From an uncultured Eubacteriales bacterium (GTDB taxonomy: Bacteria > Bacillota > Clostridia > Oscillospirales > CAG-272): a stretch of DNA of 64,000 nt. A program made the position numbers and the translations under genes. Every line of letters starts with the position of its first letter. The stretch's first letter is position 1. The notes under the pieces are model-generated. The model was not told the DNA's origin, made no database searches, and saw nothing but the letters and a program-made list of their open reading frames with translations. Of the stretch, positions 55,009-64,000 are shown in pieces. The stretch lies in assembly GCA_934434925.1 (NCBI GenBank), contig CAKSAC010000006.1:36641-100640 (forward strand), written 5' to 3'.

Positions 55009-55379
55009 TGGAAACCTTTCTTCCCTTTCTCTTTGCTTTTCTCGTCGGCGGTTCTTTTTGCGTTATCGCCCAGCTTCTGCTCGACCTCACCCGCCTGTCT
55101 CCCGCCGTTATTCTGGTCCTGTATGTGACGGCCGGCGTTTTTCTCTCTTCTTTCGGTCTTTACGAACCTTTGCGCGCGTTTGCCGGGTGCGGCGCGACGG
55201 TTCCTCTTGTCGGCTTCGGCGGAACCATTGCCGAAGGCATCCGAAAAGCCGTTGACATGCAGGGCCTTCTCGGCGTGCTTTCCGGAGGGCTGACCGCCGC
55301 TTCCGCAGGAACCGCCGCGGCGTTGATTTTCGGTTATCTCGCGGCTGTGTTCTTCCGTTCCCGTCCGAAACGCCTTTGA
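55008..55379 (+). CDS. spoVAE: stage V sporulation protein AE
   Basis: ORF 54822-55379. Start at Met63 (TAATG overlap with the spoVAD stop). The 123-aa membrane protein carries TVPLVGFGGTIAEG. Confidence 0.8.
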   Translation: METFLPFLFAFLVGGSFCVIAQLLLDLTRLSPAVILVLYVTAGVFLSSFGLYEPLRAFAGCGATVPLVGFGGTIAEGIRKAVDMQGLLGVLSGGLTAASAGTAAALIFGYLAAVFFRSRPKRL

Positions 55380-55400
55380 TTTTTTCCTTTTATAAATAAT

Positions 55401-55429
55401 AAAGAAGAGGGGTTTCCTCTTCTTTTTTT
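55401..55429. terminator. bidirectional rho-independent terminator
   Basis: AAGAAGAGG-ggttt-CCTCTTCTT followed by TTTTT, with an A-tract upstream, between convergent genes. Confidence 0.8.
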
Positions 55430-55441
55430 ATAAAGTTTTCT

Positions 55442-56176
55442 TTACCTTTTTTCTTTTTTGGGCGAAAGGGTCATCTTTTTTACCCTCTTTTTGATAACGG
55501 AAAGGTCATGTAACATCCGTTTGGTATCCCGGAAGACGTGTACGCTGCTCTTGCCGTGATTCTTAATAAGGACCGGCACTTCACAGAAAGAAATCCCCAT
55601 TTTTTGCCCGATCAGGATCGCTTCCATATCAAACGCAAATCCGTCCGTCTCCACCAAAGCGAAAATGTCTTTGCCCGCCTGCTTTCTGTACGCTTTGCAC
55701 CCGCACTGGGAATCCGACAAAGAAAGCCCTCCGTAGGTATGCAGAAGCCAGAGATAGGCGCGGCTGGCCACCCGTCTCAAAAATCCGTATCCCCGGTATC
55801 CGTCCGGATGCAGTGAACGGGAACCGACCGCCGCATCTTTTTGGTTTTCCGAAAGGACCCGGTAAAATTGTTCAATGACCTCGGTTCCGTAAGCCAGATC
55901 GCAGTCGGTAAAAAACAGAATATCTCCCTGCGCCTCTTCCATCCCCCGGCGAAGAGCATACCCCTTCCCCCGGTTTTTTGGATAAGAAATCAGACAAAAC
56001 GTCTCCGGCAGGCGTTCTTTCGCTTCTTTTTCGGTTTGGTCGGTCGAGCCGTCGTTGATAAGAACCACTTCATATTCGCCAAAAAAATGTTCTTCCATAT
56101 AGGAAAAAAGCGTTTCGATCAGAGAAGCGACCGCTTTTTCTTCGTTATACATCGGGATGAGAACCGAAATTTTCAT
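55442..56176 (-). CDS. glycosyltransferase family 2 (polyprenyl-phosphate sugar transferase-like)
   Basis: ORF 55442-56185. ATG 56176 preferred (GAGGTG 6 nt upstream). MKISVLIPMYNEE, INDGSTD and a DCD motif. Confidence 0.8.
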   Translation of the reverse strand: MKISVLIPMYNEEKAVASLIETLFSYMEEHFFGEYEVVLINDGSTDQTEKEAKERLPETFCLISYPKNRGKGYALRRGMEEAQGDILFFTDCDLAYGTEVIEQFYRVLSENQKDAAVGSRSLHPDGYRGYGFLRRVASRAYLWLLHTYGGLSLSDSQCGCKAYRKQAGKDIFALVETDGFAFDMEAILIGQKMGISFCEVPVLIKNHGKSSVHVFRDTKRMLHDLSVIKKRVKKMTLSPKKEKR

Positions 56177-56279
56177 CTTTTTCACCTCACCCCTTTATTA
56201 TATCTTCTTTCCTCTCTTTTTTCAATCCCCGGAAGGCTTTCCGATGTAAAATTTTTATTACATTTTTCGCGCTTTCCCC

Positions 56280-56308
56280 TTGCTATCTATATTTATATAT
56301 GATATAAT
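56280..56308 (+). promoter_or_regulatory. sigma-70-type promoter of dnaA (TTGCTA-17-TATAAT)
   Basis: TTGCTA at 56280-56285, a 17-nt AT-rich spacer, TATAAT at 56303-56308. Confidence 0.55.
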
Positions 56309-56347
56309 ATCAGCTATAAAGATTATTTTGAAGGAAGAGAGCGCCCG

Positions 56348-57769
56348 ATGAACCAAGAACTGCATGAAATAGGAGAAGCCGTCCTGGGTCTTCTCCGGGA
56401 GGAACATCCTCAAAATGTCTATACTGTCTGGTTCCGGGATCTTGAACTGGAATCTCTCACACAGAAGGAAGCCGTCTTTTCCACCCGTTCTTCTTTCAAA
56501 ATTCAGTTTCTTGAATTTCACTATCTGAAAGACATGGCCGACTGTCTGAAAAATGTTCTCGGCTTTCCCGTTTCCGTGCGTTTTATCTGTCGGGAAGAGG
56601 AAGAAGAGGAAGAAAAACCGAAAGAAGAAACCGGAGAAACCGAAGAAGAAGACGATTCTCTTGCCGTCCTGACCGAAGACGAGGAAGAGGAAGACCCCAA
56701 CCAGCTCAATATCCGCGATATTGAAAATCCCAAAACGATTGTAGAGCGCTACACCTTTGAAAATTTCATTGTCGCGGCTTCCAACCGCTTTGCCCACGCG
56801 GCCTGTCTGGCTGTTGCCAAAACGGCCTGCAACGAAAACGATGACGAAGAGGATCTTTACAATCCCCTTTTCATTTACGGCAAAAGCGGCCTCGGCAAAA
56901 CCCACCTTCTGTACGCTATCACAAACGAAATCAAAAAGAAAAAAGCCGATGTGCGCATCATTTACAAAAAGGGTGAAGATTTCACCAATGAGCTGATCAG
57001 CGCCATGCAAAACCGTTCGACGGAGTCTTTCCGCGCGTATTACCGCACAGCGGACGTTTTGCTTATCGACGATATCCAGTTCATCGCGGGGAAAGTGCAG
57101 ACGCAGGAAGAATTTTTCCATACTTTTTCGGCGTTGTACGAAGCGGGGAAACAGATTATTCTGACTTCCGACCGGCCGCCGCGTGAAATCCGTCCTCTGC
57201 AGGATCGCCTTCTCACCCGGTTTGAATGGGGCCAACTGGCGGACATTCAGCCTCCTTCCGAAGAACTGCGTACCGCCATCATCATGAAAAAAGCCGATGA
57301 CGCGGGTCTTAACATTCCGAAAGAGGCCGTTCTGTTTCTCTCGGAAAATCTGACCGAAAATATCCGCCAGATCGAAGGTGCCATCCACAGGATCAAGGGA
57401 ATTTCCATGATTGCGTCCACCCCGGTCACCCTCGATATGTGCCGCCGCTCCATCGCCGATTTTCTGCAGGCAAAAAATACAACCAATGAGGTCATTGACC
57501 GTATCTGCGCAACCGTTGCCAAAAAATATAACCTCACGATTGAAGATATCCGCGGCAAAAAAAGAAACGAAAATATCGCCGTTGCACGCCATATCTGTAT
57601 CTATCTTGTCCGGCGGCTGACCGACCTTTCCCAATCGGCCATCGGGGTCTATTTTGACCGCGACCACGCCACCGTCATCAATTCCATCAAAAATGTGGAA
57701 AAAGCCATGCTTCTCAAACACTCTCTCCAGTATGACATTGAAGAAATGGTAAAAGAATTGAAAAATTGA
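56348..57769 (+). CDS. dnaA: chromosomal replication initiator protein DnaA
   Basis: 473 aa. Walker A GKSGLGKTHL, LLIDDIQF, and the domain IV block ARHICIYLVRRLTDLS...DHATV. An acidic EEEEEE linker separates domains. Confidence 0.95.
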   Translation: MNQELHEIGEAVLGLLREEHPQNVYTVWFRDLELESLTQKEAVFSTRSSFKIQFLEFHYLKDMADCLKNVLGFPVSVRFICREEEEEEEKPKEETGETEEEDDSLAVLTEDEEEEDPNQLNIRDIENPKTIVERYTFENFIVAASNRFAHAACLAVAKTACNENDDEEDLYNPLFIYGKSGLGKTHLLYAITNEIKKKKADVRIIYKKGEDFTNELISAMQNRSTESFRAYYRTADVLLIDDIQFIAGKVQTQEEFFHTFSALYEAGKQIILTSDRPPREIRPLQDRLLTRFEWGQLADIQPPSEELRTAIIMKKADDAGLNIPKEAVLFLSENLTENIRQIEGAIHRIKGISMIASTPVTLDMCRRSIADFLQAKNTTNEVIDRICATVAKKYNLTIEDIRGKKRNENIAVARHICIYLVRRLTDLSQSAIGVYFDRDHATVINSIKNVEKAMLLKHSLQYDIEEMVKELKN

Positions 57770-58041
57770 AAAGTTTGATTTTTCCACCGTTTTGTTGATA
57801 ACTCCTGTTGAAAAGTATGTTCATTTCTTTTCTTTTTCTTCCCTTTTCTTTCCTTTTTTTCTTTCCACATTTCTTCCACACTTTTTCCATCGTTCCCCTG
57901 TTCATTACTTTCCCCTTTTTGCGCTTGTATTACAAGGAAAATAAGAGTTTTCAACAGAAATAACAATCTCTACTCCTACTACTTCTACTACCTGTTAATA
58001 TTTATTTTATTTTGGTTTTTCGGAGCCAAGGAAAGGTCGCC
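57770..58041 (+). other. oriC-like dnaA-dnaN spacer: degenerate DnaA boxes, DnaA-trio-like CTA array and AT-rich unwinding element
   Basis: Box-like 9-mers: TTTTCCACC 57780-57788, TGTTGATAA 57793-57801, CTTTCCACA 57861-57869, TCTTCCACA 57872-57880. Trinucleotide array CTA CTC CTA CTA CTT CTA CTA at 57970-57990. AT-rich tract tgttaatatttattttatttt from 57993. Confidence 0.6.
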
Positions 58042-59193
58042 ATGAAAATTAGATTTCAAAAATCGCGTTTTCTGGATAAGCTGACTCCCGCCATGGGGAC
58101 GGTATCCAATAAAAATACGATTGCCTCGATTGAAGGGGTTCTGATTGAAACGGTCGAAAACCGTGATATCAAACTTTCCACTTACGATATGAAAAAAGGA
58201 ATGGTCTCTCTTCTGGAAGCGGACAGCGTCGAAGAAGGAGGCAGTTTTATCATCAACGCCGCGCGCCTTCTCCAGATTTTGCGCGTCATGCCCGGAGAGG
58301 ATATTACGCTGGAAGTGGATGAAAAATTCAACGCCGTTATCAAAAGCGGGAAAAGCGAATTTTCTCTCTTTGCGCTCCGCGGCAGCGATTTTCCGAACAT
58401 CCCTCTTTTGAACAGTGAAAAAGGGTTTGAAATCGCATCCGACGTGTTGAAAGAGATGATAGGAAAAGTCCTCCACTCGGTGGCCGAACAGGATTCCCGC
58501 CCGGTTCTTTGCGGCGCATACTTCCGTCTTCATGACGGCATGTTTGATATCGTATCCTGCGACAGTTTTACGCTGTCTGTCTGCGCAAAAAAATGTGAAA
58601 TAAAAGATATAGGGGCCATTGAAAGCGAAGAGTTTGATTTTATCGTTCCCGGCCACGCGCTGAATGAACTGATGCGGATTCTGCCCGACGGAGAAGAAAA
58701 AATCAATGTCTATATCACGCGCAAACACGCCATTTTCCGGATGGATGAAATGACCTTTTTCACCCGTCTGATTGATGAAGACTATATTGATTATTCTCGT
58801 ATCATTCCGAAAGAACAGACGATTTTTGTGACCGTGGACAGAGAAAAGATGCTGGAAGGACTTGAAAGGGCCAACCTTGTTGCCGAGGAAAAAGGACAGG
58901 GGAACAGCCGCAGTTATGTCAAGATTATTCTGGACGGGGAACTTCTCACCCTCACATCGACATCCGTCAGCGGCAAGGTGTATGACGAGATGGAATGTTC
59001 CCACACGGGAGACAATATAGAAATCGGTTTCAACTGCCGCTATCTGATTAACAGTATACGCGCGGCGGAAGGAGAAAAAATTCTCATCACGATGAAGAGC
59101 GCGCGGCAGAGCATCACCATCGAACCGCTTGAAAAGAAAGAAGAGGAAAATTTCTTTTACATGGTTCTCCCTGTCCGCATGGCGGAGTCATGA
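58042..59193 (+). CDS. dnaN: DNA polymerase III subunit beta
   Basis: ORF 58012-59193. Start at Met11 (ATG 58042). MKIRFQKSRFLDKL...; 383 aa; position after dnaA. Confidence 0.9.
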   Translation: MKIRFQKSRFLDKLTPAMGTVSNKNTIASIEGVLIETVENRDIKLSTYDMKKGMVSLLEADSVEEGGSFIINAARLLQILRVMPGEDITLEVDEKFNAVIKSGKSEFSLFALRGSDFPNIPLLNSEKGFEIASDVLKEMIGKVLHSVAEQDSRPVLCGAYFRLHDGMFDIVSCDSFTLSVCAKKCEIKDIGAIESEEFDFIVPGHALNELMRILPDGEEKINVYITRKHAIFRMDEMTFFTRLIDEDYIDYSRIIPKEQTIFVTVDREKMLEGLERANLVAEEKGQGNSRSYVKIILDGELLTLTSTSVSGKVYDEMECSHTGDNIEIGFNCRYLINSIRAAEGEKILITMKSARQSITIEPLEKKEEENFFYMVLPVRMAES

Positions 59194-60270
59194 TTCTGCG
59201 CCGTGTGCGTGCCGGAGATTTTCGTAATATTGAAAATGAAAGCGTAGAATTCTGCGAGGGAGCCAATCTGCTGCTCGGAGACAATGCGGAAGGAAAGACC
59301 AATCTGTTAGAGGCAATTTATTATTTTGCCCGCGGGAAAAGTTTCAGAGGTGCGGCGGATAAGGAACTCTGCCGGTTCGGTACCCAAAAATACGAGATTG
59401 AAGCGTTTTTTTCGGCAAACGGAAGGGAACAAACTCTCTTTTATCGTTATTATAACGGCATGCGCCAACGGAAAAAAAACGGTGTGCCGGTAGAAAAGGC
59501 GGGGGAAATGATCGGCATATTCCGTGCGGTCCTCTTCTTTCCCGAACATTTACAATTGATAAAAGGAAGCCCTGCCGAACGGCGGGAATTTCTGAATATT
59601 GCCATTTCTCAGATACATCCCTCTTATCTTTCTCTCTATTCTTCCTATGTCCGCGTTCTGGAAAACAGAAATGCGCTTTTGAAAGCGGCGCAAAAGGGTG
59701 AATATTTTGACAAAGAGGAATTTGAAATTTTCAGCGAAAGGCTTGCCGGATATGCGGCGGCAATCGCCAAAGAAAGATACGGGTATGTCAAAGAGGCCGC
59801 TCCGGCCGTAGAGGATATTCTCTCCTCTCTTTCGGGCGGGAGGGAAAAAGTGAGCGTCCGGTATGTATCGGAGGCAGAGGAAGAAGAAGAGAGCGAAATG
59901 AAAAAAAAGTATCTTGAGAAGATGCTTTCGGATATTCGCCGGGAGACGGCGGCCGGGTTCACTCTTTTCGGCGCGCACAGGGATGATCTTGTATGCGAAA
60001 TCAACGGAAAGAGCGCGCGGGATTTTGCGTCGCAGGGACAGCAACGCTCCCTGACCCTTGCCTTAAAACTGGCGGAGGGAGAGGTATGCCGCCAAAAATG
60101 CGGAGAATATCCGGTCTTTCTCTTTGATGACGTCATGAGCGAACTTGACCCGGCGCGCCGCCGGTTTCTCCTTTCGGAACTTTCCAAAAGACAGTTGATT
60201 ATGAGCGCGTGTGAAGAAGGCGGTCTTACCGGTATGCAGGCAAACACCATCCGCGTGAAAAAGGGGAAAT

Positions 60271-60290
<20 letters not shown>
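59190..60290 (+). CDS. recF: DNA replication/repair protein RecF
   Basis: ATGA overlap with dnaN. Walker A GDNAEGKTNLLEA, signature-like SQGQQRSL, Walker B FLFDDVMSELD. Confidence 0.9.
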
Positions 60291-62492
<2,202 letters not shown>

Positions 62493-62538
62493 GATGATGA
62501 AAGATACAGCAGAAAACAGAAAGAAGGAGGAGAAGTAA

Positions 62539-64000
62539 ATGGAACATCATGCAATGGGTGACGATATTTCTTTTCCGAATCAAAAAATAGAAAACCGATA
62601 CATGGAAAAAGAGGTGCGCACGGCGTTTCTCGAATATTCCATGAGTGTAATCACCTCGCGCGCCCTGCCCGACGTGCGGGACGGCATGAAACCCGGCCAG
62701 CGCCGGATTCTGTATGCCATGTATGAAGACGGGCTGACCAACGACAAAGCCTTCCGGAAATCGGCGACAACGGTCGGTAACGTGCTTGGCCGGTATCATC
62801 CGCACGGAGACGCGGCTGTTTACGACACCATGGTGCGCCTGGCGCAGAGCTTTTCTCTCCGGTATCCGCTGGTGGAAGGACACGGAAACTTCGGTAACGT
62901 GGACGGAGACCCGGCCGCCGCATACCGGTATACCGAAGCCCGTATGGAGAAAATATCCAACTACATGATGAGCGACATTGAAAAGAATGTCGTTGATTTT
63001 GTACCGAACTTTGACAACAGCCGGAAGGAGCCGACGGTCCTGCCCTCGCGGTTTCCGAACGTGCTGGTCAACGGTTCTGTCGGGATTGCGGTCGGTATGG
63101 CTACCAATATCCCGCCCCATAACCTCAATGAGGTGATAGACGGCACAATCTTCCGGATGGAAAATCCCGATTGCTCGGTCGCCGATCTGATGGAATATAT
63201 CAAAGGACCGGACTTCCCGACCCGGGGGATCATCTATGGTTCCCGCGGGATGTATGACGCGTATACGACCGGCCGCGGCCGGGTGATTGTCCGTGCGCGC
63301 GCGCGGGTCGAGGAAAACGAACATCGCATCATCTTCACGGAAATCCCGTATATGGTAAACAAAAGTTTACTTGTTGCGGCGATGGCCGACCTGGTGAAGG
63401 ACAAAAAAATCGAGGGGATCACCGATATACGGGATGAATCCGGCCGCGCCGGCATGCGTATCGTGGTCGAATATCGCCGTGACGCGAACGGAGAAGTCAT
63501 CCTTAACCAACTCTATAAGTATTCTCAGTTGCAAAGCACTTGCGCCGTCAATATGCTGGCGTTGGTCGGCGGAGAGCCGAAGATTCTTTCTCTGCCGGAA
63601 ATTCTGGACAACTATATTGCCTTCCAGGAAGAGGTCATTACCCGCCGGACGCAATTTGAACTTGAAAAATCCCTGAACGAAATGCATATTTTTGAGGGAT
63701 ACAAGATTGCCATCGACCATATCGACGAGGTCATTGAAATGATCCGCGCCAGCGAATCCATTCCGGTCGCAAAGCAGAACCTGTGCGAAGGGTTTGGTCT
63801 TTCGGACGCACAGGCGCAGGCCATTGTGGATATGACGCTCGGCAAACTTTCGGGGCTGGAACGAAAAAAGGTGGAAGAGCGCCTGCTGAAATTGACGGAA
63901 CGCGTGGCAGAACTGCGCGGAATCCTGGCCGACGAAGGAAAAATCCGCGAGATTATCCGGCAGGAGTTGACGCAGATCAAGGAAAAATTCGGCGATCCGC
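62539..64000 (+). CDS. gyrA: DNA gyrase subunit A, N-terminal part (continues past window end)
   Basis: My translation from ATG 62539 (GAAGGAGG upstream) gives [61 protein letters not shown]...[17 protein letters not shown]. There is no stop before 64000, so it is absent from the ORF track. Confidence 0.9.
   Translation, partial: MEHHAMGDDISFPNQKIENRYMEKEVRTAFLEYSMSVITSRALPDVRDGMKPGQRRILYAMYEDGLTNDKAFRKSATTVGNVLGRYHPHGDAAVYDTMVRLAQSFSLRYPLVEGHGNFGNVDGDPAAAYRYTEARMEKISNYMMSDIEKNVVDFVPNFDNSRKEPTVLPSRFPNVLVNGSVGIAVGMATNIPPHNLNEVIDGTIFRMENPDCSVADLMEYIKGPDFPTRGIIYGSRGMYDAYTTGRGRVIVRARARVEENEHRIIFTEIPYMVNKSLLVAAMADLVKDKKIEGITDIRDESGRAGMRIVVEYRRDANGEVILNQLYKYSQLQSTCAVNMLALVGGEPKILSLPEILDNYIAFQEEVITRRTQFELEKSLNEMHIFEGYKIAIDHIDEVIEMIRASESIPVAKQNLCEGFGLSDAQAQAIVDMTLGKLSGLERKKVEERLLKLTERVAELRGILADEGKIREIIRQELTQIKEKFGDP

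Overview
GC-rich Firmicutes/Clostridia-type chromosomal segment from a spore former (spoVAC-AD-AE present). At 56.3-64 kb it carries the replication-origin gene block dnaA-dnaN-recF-DUF370-gyrB-gyrA, with an oriC-like dnaA-dnaN spacer. The other 56 kb is mostly housekeeping (ileS, alaS, pepT, mscL, dapF-dapL, pyrR, yifB/comM, two PPIases, a CDF transporter). Interleaved with it are carbohydrate-active loci: GH3, GH2-like, a clan-D alpha-galactosidase-like gene, GT4, GT2, two giant parallel beta-helix paralogs, three Gfo/Idh/MocA oxidoreductases (two paired with xylose-isomerase-like TIM-barrel genes) and an AraC regulator. By eye I recognised no rRNA, tRNA, CRISPR array, transposase, integrase or phage genes. 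Four things stand out. (1) An ABC-DUF1854-ABC operon (31.4-36.4 kb) in which both exporters carry a paralogous ~150-aa N-terminal extra domain. It lies directly downstream of a leaderless 983-aa beta-helix protein whose lipoprotein paralog is 21 kb away. (2) Intergenic regions are unusually large and filled with tandem minisatellites, several of which start in or against the last codons or stop codon of a gene: mscL 64 bp x5, AraC 28 bp x3, a DUF4317 gene 123 bp x2.3, and a dapF-fragment repeat. (3) There are two families of dispersed, strand-oriented pyrimidine-rich repeats. (4) A cyclophilin gene is split by a 1-nt homopolymer frameshift. Gene starts were re-picked from the ORF track using RBS context. 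All family names rest on motifs read by eye, not on searches.
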